DNA from: Octopus vulgaris
Lineage: Eukaryota
Length of the DNA: 64,000 nucleotides
Assembly: GCA_951406725.2 (NCBI GenBank)
Contig: OX597817.1
Location: 149,792,001 to 149,856,000, forward strand
Reading direction: 5' to 3'
Under the pieces are notes generated by a model that was not told where the DNA came from, made no database searches, and saw nothing but the letters and a program-made list of their open reading frames with translations. Numbering within the stretch: position 1 is the stretch's first letter; each line of letters opens with the position of its first letter. Shown one piece after another: positions 26,831 through 39,436 of this stretch. Made by a program: the position numbers and the translations under genes.

Positions 26831-26885
26831 TCTGTTTTTGAAAACAAAGAAAATGAAAAATTCTTACACAAACACACACAGGGAA

Positions 26886-27017
<132 letters not shown>

Positions 27018-27845
27018 CCTTCCGTTTTAAACCAAATTCTTGTGATTTTTAGTAACTTTTATGTGAATCTCAATGTCACATCCTCAAAATTATGAGTGTA
27101 TATTTTAGGAAATCTAGCGCAGTCAACACAGCATAGGAAGAAGATAGACAAAGTACTGTAGAAGAACTAGACATATGTTATATATGAAGGTTGACTTCCC
27201 GCCGTTGAGAAGAGGTCCTGGTTATATGTGACGATCGAAGTTGGTGCGCAAGCCAAAACAACCTCCACCATAACCGATTTGTTGAAGAAACCGGATGTAC
27301 CATCATTTGAAACGAAATATCGCTAATTGGAAAGTAGTGACGGCTATCGCAATTAATGGTCTTAGTAGAAACGATACCAATCATTGTCTGGCAATGATGC
27401 TGTCTCCAAGTGGTGCCAGACAAAAGACGAAATTCCTATGAAAAGAGAAAAATCAAATAGTTAATTTAGAAATACTGGAATAATGGATTAATCTCCGGTT
27501 TCGAGGAATATACCAGTTTCCACTCCAAATACAATGATCTATGAACCACGCCATAACACACCAAACCACTGGAACCTCTGCGCTATCGTTCGGCCTGTCA
27601 AAAATAGCAGCTAAATCTTCCCCCCGTGTCTAACGTCTTAAAAGCAACGAAGAACGTTTTATGTTTTTTACTTGTTTCGGTCATTGGGTTGTGGCCATAC
27701 TGATGTACTGCTTCGAAGGACGTAAACAAACTATCACCAGTTGTCAAACGACGGTTGGTGACAAACACAACGACACACACACGCACACATACATACATAC
27801 ATACATACATACATACATACATACATACATACATACATACATACA

Positions 27846-27876
<31 letters not shown>

Positions 27877-28059
27877 GTGCTTCTCCGGATTTATGCTTTC
27901 TAAAAAGAATGATATATGTATGTGTGTACATGTGTATATATAAATATATATATTTATTCATATGTATATGTATGTATATATAAGAAAGCATGAGTTAAGG
28001 AATGGAGTAAATACGAACCGGGCTACATATGTTTTATAACGAGCGGAACCTCGGAAGTG

Positions 28060-28570
28060 GTAAATATCCAACTTCTTTGACATCCCTATGGGGGCCAGTG
28101 ACTCCGGCCAAGTTACGAACCTTGTAGAGCATTACCTACTTAACGGTCTCCATGAACAATTCCTCAACGTCTCAGGTGGTCTATACAGAGACGATGGTCT
28201 GTTCGTAATCCTAAGGTCTAGCAACCGGAAAATCAAACAGACTAGAAAAAGATTAAGAAGCTTTTTCAAAAACTCGGACTTAACATCTCCTTCTGTAACA
28301 ACGTTAAAGCTATTAATTTCTTGGACGTAACCCTAGATTTGCTAAACCAAACCTTCTACCTTTACCACAAACCTGGGGAAAACCTCAACTACGTGAACTA
28401 CTCTTCCGACTACCACCACCCCAAGTAACAGATTTTAATCTATTGTGGATTTCTACTGGATTTCCTCACTATCTGCTAATAAAGATTTATTCGATCAATA
28501 TGCAGAATATTACAATTGTGCTCTACAACATGCCGGCTATAAAAACTCAATCGAATATATCCCCAGAATT
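28060..28570 (+). mobile_element. Penelope-like element reverse transcriptase fragment (frameshifted)
   Basis: FFDIPMGASDSGQV, GGLYRDDGL catalytic motif, INFLDVTLDL…YHKPGE.LNYVN, ISSLSANKDLF….YN.AL..AGY; typical of PLE RT and thumb domains. Confidence 0.85.
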
Positions 28571-29629
28571 GAAACCAGTTCCAATGAACGTAAAATCCTC
28601 CCCCTCATCCCCACCCCATCCCACCACTCCAATATCCATCCAAATTTCAGAGTTACAGACGACCTAACAAACAACTCTCCTGCCAGATGTGTGACGTGCT
28701 TGCATAGAGTTTCCGTCGGCCAAATTCACTCACAAGGCATTGGTCTGTCATAGGTTATAGTTGAAGACATTTGCCCAAGTTGCCGCGCAATGGGACTGAA
28801 CCAAAAACTAGATGGTTGCAAAACAAGCTCCTTAACCACACAGCCATGCCTGCGCCTATATGTAATCCCTAGATATACAAAAATACAGTGATGATCACGG
28901 CTGGAACGCCTTTGCTCATTGACTTGAACTTACCTGGAGTTGAACAACAACACCAACTACATCTGTAAACTATTACGTTGTCGTATGCGGTACTGCATTA
29001 GCATTATGACAACATCTAAATACTGTTGTACTTCAATGTATTATTCATTTTATTGAACTGCTTTCAACGACATGGTCAAGCACATCTGTCTTTGATCAAA
29101 ATGTCGAAAAATCGAAGCTGCAGAAGGACATTTAGAGAATAACAAATTAAAACAACCGGGGCAGGAAACTGATACAACAAAATATTTAATGGCGGAAATA
29201 AAAGATTAACAGAGAAGGAATTTGGATTTGGTGATTGAAAGAGAACGATTAGAGCGTTCATAAAGAGGAGAAATTGAGAAAAACACTTACGTTTCAAAGA
29301 AACGAAATTCTAAACCAGTCGTTCTCAACCGGCGTCCATATGGCCACTGGGTGGAGTCATATAAGATATCGTTGTTAAAATTTATGTGCAATAAACTGGT
29401 TGCACAAAATATTTAAAGATTTTTTTTTTCGATTCCTAATAATGTTTAATCATAAAAATATGATAGGAGATTTTAGACATCGAACGGCTACGGGGGTCTC
29501 AGCCCCTGCGTAAAATAGAAATCAAAGGGTTCCATGGGCAAAGAATGTTTGAGACCTACAGATCCAAAAGAAAAGGTGGAAGCCATCAGAAACTAGATAC
29601 TCTTGCCCCTGCTACGTCTCTTACCACTG

Positions 29630-29820
29630 TCCATCCTGTGATCAGGTATACGTATACCCAACAACAAATACCTTCCAAATACCCTCCTGTGGTCGGGTAT
29701 CCATACACCCAACAACAAATACACTCCATATACCCTCCTGTGGTCGGGTATCCATATACCCAACAACAAATACCCTCCATATCCCCTCCTGTGGTCAGGT
29801 ATCCATATACCCGACAACAG
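29630..29820 (+). repeat. 51-bp tandem repeat, ~3.7 copies
   Basis: Unit CCTCCTGTGGTCGGGTATCCATACACCCAACAACAAATACACTCCATATAC. Confidence 0.9.
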
Positions 29821-30124
29821 TTGGGAGGGGGAGTCTTTGTTTGTTTTACTTGTTTGCACTTTTACATGCTTCAGTTACTTGACTGCGACCATACTGGAGC
29901 ACGGCCTTGAAAAGTTTTAGTCGAAAAAATCGACCTTAGGACTTATTCCTTGTTAGCTTAATACTTGCTTTTACCGAACCGCTAAGTTACGGGGGCGTAA
30001 ACACACCAACATCGGTTGTCAAGCAATGATGGAGGATAAACACACACGGACACATGCATACATATATACACGCATACATACATACACACATACATACATA
30101 CATACATACATCACATATATTTAA

Positions 30125-30157
<33 letters not shown>

Positions 30158-30770
30158 CGACGGGCTTCTTTCAGCTTCCGATTTCCAAATCCTCTCACAA
30201 GGCTTTGGTCGACCCCGAAGCTATAGTAGAAGACACTTGCCCAAGGTGCCACGCAGTGGGACTGAACTCGGCACCATGTAATTGAGAAGTAAGCTTCTTG
30301 TCCCACAGCCACGCCTGCACCGTTTTTTTTACCTCCGCCAAGGAATGAGGTTATGTTTTCATCGGTGTTGGTTTGTCCGTCTGTCCGTCTGTGTACAAAA
30401 TAACTCAAAAACTTGCAGGAAAAGTTGGTGATGACACAAGGAAAAGATGATTAAATTTTGGTAGTGATCCGGGAATTTTTATGGATTCTTGAAGGATTTT
30501 TCATTTGTTATATTTACTTTACAGGGAGTATTACAATGTTACGTTCTTTGATTATCTCCCTTGAAAACACGTTCATCGTTTCCACGTAACCTATGGTGAC
30601 GTTGCTGGTGGCTTTGCTGTTTCCAAAGTTTTATTTTCGTTTCTCTATTAGTAATTTTACTCGCGTATTTATGGACTCTTGAGGAATGAGTGATACTATA
30701 CTGACCACAGAGGGATGGAAAGTAGGTAGGTAGGTTTAGTTTCGTAAGTAGACAGATACCTCTTTTATCT

Positions 30771-31016
30771 TTGACAAGGAATCATCTGACCATCGTCCAA
30801 GGAGATTTAAACGTGGATCTCCTTGATTCCCCTAACCATGAGATCTTGACAACTATGAACCAGTTTGGGTTCGACCAACTAGTCCAAAAACTCACCACCG
30901 ACTATGGAAGCCTGCTAGATCATGTTTACGTGAACCAGGATCGACATCCAAAAGTCACCGTAACCGACTGTTACTTTTCCGACCACGATGTTGTGTGTGT
31001 ATCACTCAAGTTTTAA
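30771..31016 (+). pseudogene. C-terminal apurinic-type (EEP) endonuclease fragment of a Helentron protein
   Basis: GDLNVD…TTDYGSLLDHVYVN…YFSDHD then stop. In LINEs the EEP domain is N-terminal to RT; a C-terminal EEP is the Helentron arrangement. Confidence 0.75.
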
Positions 31017-31094
31017 GTAATTGTTGTTTCTTTTTAGTTGAATGGTGAAACTAGCTTGCTGTTGTCATTGATATATTATAACTGTTTCAGATGA

Positions 31095-31590
31095 TTTTTT
31101 TATGCGCCCTTTTCAAACCTAGCCAGGCTCATGAGCCCGGTTTGCCGGTTTCTGTGGCATATGTGTTCCCCCAGCTGGACAGGATGCCAGTCCATCGCAG
31201 CGTTACTCAAGAAACAGGAAGTGAGAGTGAGAGAAAGTTGGGGCGAAAGAGTACAACAGGGGTCGCCACCACCACCCTGCCGTAGCCTCGTGGAGCCTTA
31301 GGTGTTTTCGCTCAATAAACACACACCATTATTTTCAGTGAAATTGTTTTCTTATGTGTCTTTATCTAAACTAGTGTCTTCATTGTCCGAATTTATGTGG
31401 ATATACCTTCTGCTATAGACATAATTAGCATTGTAATGTCTTGGCTGACGTTTTACGTTACAAATAAACGTAATGGCCATCACTATAGTCTGAAAGACAG
31501 CTTTATTGAACTCCGTAGTGTCTGGGAATCGAAACCGCGATCCTCCGACCGCGAGTCCGCTGCCCTAACCACTTGGCCATTGCGCCCCCT
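31095..31590 (-). mobile_element. SINE family C-related copy interrupted by a 198-bp insertion
   Basis: Head (reverse complement of GGGGCGCAATGGCCAAGTGGTTAGGGCAGCGGACTCGCGGTC) at 31522-31590; the body resumes at ≤31326. Confidence 0.8.
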
Positions 31591-33798
31591 TCATATGATA
31601 CCCTAACCCTATTTTTTTTTTAATCATATGGCTGTGTTATTTTTTTTTAAACCCTGCTAAGGAGGTTATATTTTTGCCGGCGTTGGTTTGGAAAATCGGG
31701 CGATTTTCAGCATGCGTGTATATGGGGGGAAATGAACTGCTTGGCGGAGGTCTGCGCTCTCCGAGTGCTTTTCTAGTTTATGTTTTGTTTTGTTTTGTTT
31801 TTGCTTATTTTTTTCTTGTTATTTTAGAATCACGTGTTGTACTGGATTGTAAAATGTCCACCTTACCAGCTTAGCAAAATATTCATGGATATAACATCAG
31901 TAGATATCTCTACTGATATCCCGGTGTAGATTTTATATATACAATAAGATAGGACGATCACATGAAGAGGCGAAGAGCTGTATTTCCAGCAATTTAGACT
32001 ACGCAAAAACTTTCTCCCCGAAAGAAAAAGAAACAATGAACAAGAACAGACCAAGAAATTCAGTACAATCGAAAGAAATCAATCATTTCTAATAAAACCA
32101 AACAGGCCTCGAGAATCACTACAAAGGACAACGTGAAAGTAGTTTGCAATAAATTTAACGCCTGTTTCTTCGTTATTTACGCAGTCTTCTCTGTCTCAGA
32201 CGCCGTCTGGAGAAGCGAAGGACAAAATGGCAATTAAATGGTGAAATCATACTAACCTTTGATTTTTTTAAATTTATGCTGCCTGGGCACAGATGTTGGT
32301 ATGTGGCAAGGAAGTTGCTTCCCAACCATATGGTTCTGGGTTCAGTCCCATTGCATGGCACATTAAGCAAGTGTCTTCTACTATAGCTTCGGACTGACCA
32401 AAGCCTTGTGAGTGGATTTGGTACGCGGGAACTTAAATTCTGTGTGTGCATGCGTGTCCTCCACCACAGCCTGAAACCGGTTTTGGTATCTTTACTTCCC
32501 CGTAAGTTAGCGGTTCGGCAAACGAGACCGATAGAATAAGTACCGGGCCTTAAAGAAATAAGTACCACTGTCGAGTCATTCAACTAAATGTTCTACAAGG
32601 CGATGCCCCAGTCTGGCTGCTTTCTAATTACTTAAACAAGTGAACTATAAAAGATAAAGCCACCCGATGCATCTATCACTTATCGCCCCCGTTTTAGATC
32701 AATTCCCCCCGGTGTTGTACTAAAATCTTTGAAAAGATTCTTAGACCAAAACCGCAAGTTTTGAGATGACAAATACGGAATTCAAATACTTCACCTGAGC
32801 AAAACCTGCGAAAAATTGTCATCGTATTTAAGGGATGACTGTTTCACAACGGTTTTGAACTTTGGAAACTAAAATAAAGGATTTGAACGTTCCGCTACCA
32901 TTATGTGAGTGCAATGAATACATGTAAAAATTGTAAGATGTCAAATGGTTTGTTTGTTTTTGTTTTTTTTCTCCTTTGTTTTTTGGGAGGTTTTTTCGTT
33001 TGTTTTGCTCCTTTTTTTTTTTTTTTCAAATTATCGACTAGGGCCAACTTTGCATTCTGATAGAATGAGAAAGTGAAAAGAAAGAAGAATTGGTCCCTGT
33101 ACATCATACGGTATTTTATCAACCTCGATAGGACAAAAGACAAAATTAACCTCAGCCAGATTCGAACCAGGAGTGCAGAGATCGCTGGGATGTTGAATAT
33201 ACCACAAACCATTCTATTACTATCCGACATGTTCATGATTCTACCAACTCGCCAAGAAAGTAATAAATCTGAAATATGCTTGAGGATGTGCTATTAGAAC
33301 AAATGTCGGACATTCTATACAACGCTATGACTTTCTCTACCACGTCGCCGCTTTTCTGGTTAAATTAAATAAGAAATTAAATAGTTTAGAAGATATACTT
33401 ATATCTAGGAGAGAATTGTCTTTATCTCACCATTATTTTCAGTGAAATTGTTTTCTTATGTGTCTTTATCTAAACTAGTGTTTTCATTGTCCGAATTTAT
33501 GTGGATATACCTTCTGCTATAGACATAATTAGCATTGTAATGTCTTGGCTGACGTTTTACGTTACAAATAAACGTAATAGCCATCACTATAGTCTGAAAG
33601 ACAGCTTTATTGAACTCCGTAGTGTTAGCTTTCTATATAGCAATTCGATCTGCCAAAACGAAATTAGCTTCTAAGAGTATCAGCATAATCGATGGAAGAT
33701 CAATATTCTAAATGGGCTAGCGAGTCTAATAGTAAAATATTGTCACTTCTGTGAGAGAAATATTTATATACATTTATATTACACACACACACACACAT

Positions 33799-33872
<74 letters not shown>

Positions 33873-34579
33873 TTTAAAATCAGTGAGCAAAGTTCCAGCC
33901 ACATGTCTGCACTTCTGATATTCAATAGCAGTTCCAAGAAAGCTTGGTGTGGTTTCGTGGTTTGTTTTTCTGTTCCGTGAAGGCGCGTGGCTTAGTGGTT
34001 TCGATATTCGACGCACAATCGTAAGGATATGAGTTCGATTCCCGGCGGTGCGTTGTCCTTGAGCAAGATACTTTATTTCACGTTGCTCCAGCCTATTCAG
34101 CTGATAAAATGAGCAGTACCTGAAGTGCAAAGGGGCCAACTATCTCGCATTCTATGTACGGGTGCCTGTGGAGTGATCAACCACTTGCATGTTAGTTTCA
34201 CGAGCATGCTGTTCCGTTGACAGGATGAACTAGAACCCTCTTCGTTGTAACCGACGGAGTACCTGCTTTTGTTTTCTATTCCATTAATATTTTTTCGATA
34301 ATCATGAAGATGTATTTGCAGATTCACTAGAACAAAGGACAGAATGTTTTGCGATATTTAATTACGGTCCATTATGATCTGAGTCCGTATCTTACAAAGG
34401 TTAATTTTATCTTTCAGAGGTCGATAAAATAAAGTACCATTTAAGTACTGAGCTACATGTAATCGATTTTCTCATACAACACAATTAGAAATATTGTGCT
34501 AACATCACGTGGTGAGCAGACAGAATCGTTAACACGTAGGACTAATTGCTTAGCGGCATTATTTCTGGCTCTATATATC

Positions 34580-34810
34580 TGTTTCTTTACTACCCACAAG
34601 GGGCTAAACATAAAGAGGACAAACAAGGACAGACAAACGGATTAAGTCGATTACATCAACCCCAGTGCGTAACTGGTACTTAATTTATTGACCCCGTAAG
34701 GATGAAAGGCAAAGTCGACCTCGGCGGAATTTGAACTCAGAACGTAGCGGCAGACGAAATACGGCTACGCATTTCGCCCGGCGTGCTAACGATTCTGCCA
34801 GCTCGCCGCC
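34580..34810 (-). mobile_element. SINE family A with 17-bp TSD, inserted in an older SINE A
   Basis: TTTCTGGCTCTATATAT at 34562-34578 and 34811-34827. Confidence 0.9.
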
Positions 34811-35189
34811 TTTCTGGCTCTATATATTCCGAGTTCAAATACTACCGAGGCCAGCTTTGCCTTCCATCCCTTCAGAATTAATAAAATAAAGTACCACTCA
34901 AGTATTGAGTATTGAGGTAAACCCTGTAACGAACTGGCGCCCCGTTCAGGAGTTATGCGATCTCGGTCACGTATTTACCATGGGAACTGGGTAACCGGCC
35001 TTCTGATTTATAGGGCTCGAGAAAAATAAAATTAAATATGAATACTTTATCTCTCATCAACATATCTGTCATTTGAGGATTCTGCTCTTTGCACAGTCGT
35101 AACCCTAGCCCCATTTCTAAGCCAAGCAGAAGTGAGCCAGTTGTGATTTTGAGGTGGCCTATTCCCCTGTTTGAGATAAAGGAGATCCC

Positions 35190-35690
<501 letters not shown>

Positions 35691-35903
35691 TTCTAGCATT
35701 CGTTCTAGTTTATTTATTCTGTTACTTGTAATTACATCAGATCTACTACATGTATATATCGTTATCCATACATAAATCATTTTGTTTTTAGCACTGATTA
35801 GTTTACTAAAGTGCAGTCTGAAATGGGTCTACATTTCACTTCTGGCTTAGGCCTTTTACTAGCTATCATGGAGGCCTACGTTTCCCATCTGGCCTACATA
35901 TAT

Positions 35904-36120
35904 ATTTCTTTACTACCCACCAGGGGCTAAACAAGGACACACAAACGGATTAAGTCGATTAAATCGACCCCAGTGCGTAACAGGTACTTAATTTATCGAC
36001 CCCGAAAGGATGAAAGGCAAAGTCGACCTCGGCGGAATTTGAACTCAGAACGTAACGCCGGGCGAAATACGGCTACGCATTTCGCCCGGCGTGCTAACGA
36101 TTCTGCCAGCTCGCCGCCTT
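35904..36120 (-). mobile_element. SINE family A with TSD GGCCTACATATAT
   Basis: Flanks at ~35891 and ~36127. Confidence 0.88.
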
Positions 36121-36469
36121 CTTTCAGGCCTACATATATTATCAATAACATTTCATGCCGTACCTGGGTTTATTATAGTTTGAAATGGAACCCACCTTTT
36201 GACATATAGCCTCACCTGTTATCAGCTGAAATGAGACCTACGTTTTACATAGTGATTTGGCCTACTATCAACTTTGCACGGTCTAACTCTAATAAAATCC
36301 TATCTTAAACAACAACTCACTGCGGGACACATTATCATGAATCTTGTCCTAAACGTTAAATCACTTAATCACTTTTCCATATAGATTCAGAAACAAATTC
36401 AATAACAGAGAATCTCACAATACAATTTCATTAAAAGCAGAATTGGTAAGTCGGCTTAAATAATTGTTA

Positions 36470-37690
36470 GTCACGGTGCCAGCAAATTTTGATGGGGAGA
36501 GTAAGATGATACCATCAACTCCAATATTTAACTCCTTTATTTTATCGACACCAGAGGGATGAAAGGCAAAGTTGACATCGGCGGAATTTGAACTAAGAAC
36601 GTCGCAAGTTATTGCTTTCAAGCACACCACCGATACTCCCGGCTCGCCGCTCTAAATCCGGCTTTAGTAATCCTTTCTAATTTTGGCACAAGACCAGTAA
36701 TTTGAGAAGAGATAAGTCGATTATATCTTTTTCTACTCTAAGCACAAAGCCCGAAATTTTTGGAGCGAGGAGCAGTCGATTAGATCGACCCCAGTACGCA
36801 ACTGGTACTTAATTTATCGACTGCAAAAAGCAAAGTCGACCTCAGCGGAATTTGAACTCAGAACGTAAACACAGACGAAATATCGCTAAGCATTTCTCCC
36901 AGCGTGCTAACGTTTCTTATTTCTTTATTGCTCACAAGGGGCTAAACATAGAGGGGACAAACAAGAACAGACAAACGGATTAAGTCGATTAAATCGACCC
37001 CAGTACGTAACTGGTACTTAATTTATCGACCCCGAAAGGATGAAAAACAAAGTCGACCTCGGTGGAATTTGAACTCAGAACGTAACGGCAGACGAAATAC
37101 CTATTTCTTTACTACCCACAAGGGGCTAAACACAGAGGGGACAAACAAGGATAGACGAACGGATTAAGTCGATTACATCGACCCCAGTGCGTAACTGGTG
37201 CTTAATTTATCGACCTCGAAAGGATGAAAAGCAAAGTCGACCTCGGTGGAATTTGAACTCAGAACGCTGCAGCGGTCGAAATACCATAAAGCATTTAGCC
37301 GGCGTACTAACGTTTCCGACAGCTCGCCGCCTGGATAAGTCGATTATATTGATACCAGTACGTGACTAGTATTTTATTTTATCGACAGCGAAAGGATGAA
37401 AGGCAAAACAGACCTCAGCAGAATTTGAGCTCCGAACCTAAAAAGCCGGAAGAAATGCCGCTAAGCAATTTTTTTCCGGTGCTATAACACTTCTGCCAGC
37501 TCACCACCTTAAATCCGGCTTTAATAATCTTTCTAATTTTGGTACAAGGCCTGCAATGTTCAGGGTGGGGTAAGTCAATGGCAGCAACTCCAGTGCTCGA
37601 CTGATACTTATTCCATAAATCCCGAAAGGATGAATATCAAAATCGATCTCGGCGACATTTGACCTCAGAACGTAAAGCCGAAAGAAATAC
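36470..37690 (-). mobile_element. Pile-up of about six family A SINEs of different ages, nested or tandem
   Basis: Repeated GAAAGGATGAAAGGCAAAGTCGACCTCGGCGGAATTTGAACTC-like cores at ~36560, 36830, 37040, 37225, 37395 and 37625. Confidence 0.8.
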
Positions 37691-37832
37691 CGGCTTTGTG
37701 GTAAGTAGCTTGCTTACCAACCACATGGTTCCGGGTTCTTGGGTATGTGTCTTTTACTATAGCCTCGGGCAGACCAAAGCCTTGTGAGTGGATCCGGTAG
37801 ACGGAAACTGAAAGAAGCCCGTCGTATATATG

Positions 37833-37884
<52 letters not shown>

Positions 37885-38231
37885 TCCTCCCAGCATCGCT
37901 TGACAACCGATGCTGGTGTGTTTACGTCCCTGTAACTTAGCAGTTCGGCAAAAGAGACTGATAGATTAAGTACTACGCTTACAAAGAATAAGTCCTAGGG
38001 TCGATTTGCTCGACTAAAGGCGGTGCTCCAGCATGACCACAGTCAAATGACTGAAACAAGTAAAAAAAGTTTTAAAAAAAAAGAGTAAACATTTTGTCCG
38101 GTGTAGTAACGATTAAGCCAGCTCTCCGCCTTAATCTGGCTTTAATAATACAAACAAAAAAAAAGGAAATATTGATCGTATTTTTAGATTTATTTGCTTT
38201 TTGTTCACAATTGCCGTGGTATAGTTACGTG

Positions 38232-38615
38232 TGGAGGCGCAATGGCCCAGTAGTTAAGGCAGCGGACTCGCGGTCATAGGATCGCGGTTTCGATTCCCAG
38301 ACCGGGCGTTGTGAGTGTTTATTGAGCGAAAACACCTAAAGCTCCACGAGGCTCCGGCAGGGGACGGTGGTGATCCCTGCTGTACTCTTTCACCACAACT
38401 TTCTCTCACTCTTACTTCCTGTTTCTGTTGTACCTGTATTTCAAGGGGCCGGCCTTGTCACTCTCTGTGTCACGCTGAATATCCCCGAGAACTACATTAA
38501 GGGTGCACGTGTCTGTGGAGTGCTCAGCCACTTACACGTTAATTTCACGAGCAGGCTGTTCCGTTGATTCGGATCAACCGGAACCCTCGTCGTCGTAACC
38601 GACGGAGTGCTTCCA
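38232..38615 (+). mobile_element. tRNA-derived SINE family C with TSD TGGTATAGTTACGTG
   Basis: A box TGGCCCAGTAGTT, B box GGTTTCGATTCCC; TSD at ~38217 and ~38616. Relatives at 33980-34265 and 57090-57402(-). Confidence 0.88.
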
Positions 38616-39092
38616 TGGTATAGTTACGTGGTTAAGGGGTTCACTTGGCAGCCACGTAATTCCAGGTTCGGTTTCACTGCTTGGGACCTTGGGCAAAAAA
38701 CAATAGGGTTTTCTACTATAGCTTTGGTTTGACACAATAACTCGAGAGTGGAACTTAAAGCACAAAAACTGTTTAGAATCACCGTGTGTGTGGTAGCCGT
38801 TGTGTCACTTCAGCCATCGTCAGGGCCCGTGAGCAGGCGGGATTTAGAGCTCTATTGTACTATGCTGGTTTGTTGCATGCTAACTCAGATGAGCAGTCGA
38901 TTAAATCGCCCCTAGTACCTAAATGGTACTTTATGTTATAAACGCCGGAAAGATAAAATACAGTCACCTCGGCGGGATTTGAACTCATCATGTAAAGATT
39001 CGGAACAAAATACGATGCATTTTGAGCCTTGGGCTAAATAGCTAATGTTATTCTAAATTCGAATCATATCGAGATCATCTTTGCCTCCCTCC

Positions 39093-39124
<32 letters not shown>

Positions 39125-39312
39125 ATGATGATGATGATGATTATAAAATAATTACCAGTAATATTCTTGGGTTGATTCAATCAACAATGCACCTTTAGTA
39201 CAATGAAAGGAATTCTTACTGTTTATTTTCAGTTTTTAGTAGCTCTTTAATGAAATATCGATATATAGGTGTATTGATTTATGAAGGCATCAATAAGCTC
39301 ACACTCGTATAC

Positions 39313-39436
<124 letters not shown>

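Larger units (their letters stand above)
30327..31776 (+). mobile_element. Helentron (Helitron2/DINE-type) deletion derivative carrying an APE/EEP endonuclease fragment
   Basis: T-run then ACCTCCGCCAAG (30331-30342), inverted as CTTGGCGGAGGT (31740-31751), followed by hairpin GCGCTCTCCGAGTGC and TTTTCTAGT; (GTCT/GTCC)n near the 5' end. Confidence 0.75.

Noticed and set aside
38232-38305. tRNA gene
   Set aside because: The tRNA-like head continues into a SINE body with a TSD and has multiple diverged copies; no clean acceptor stem or terminator.
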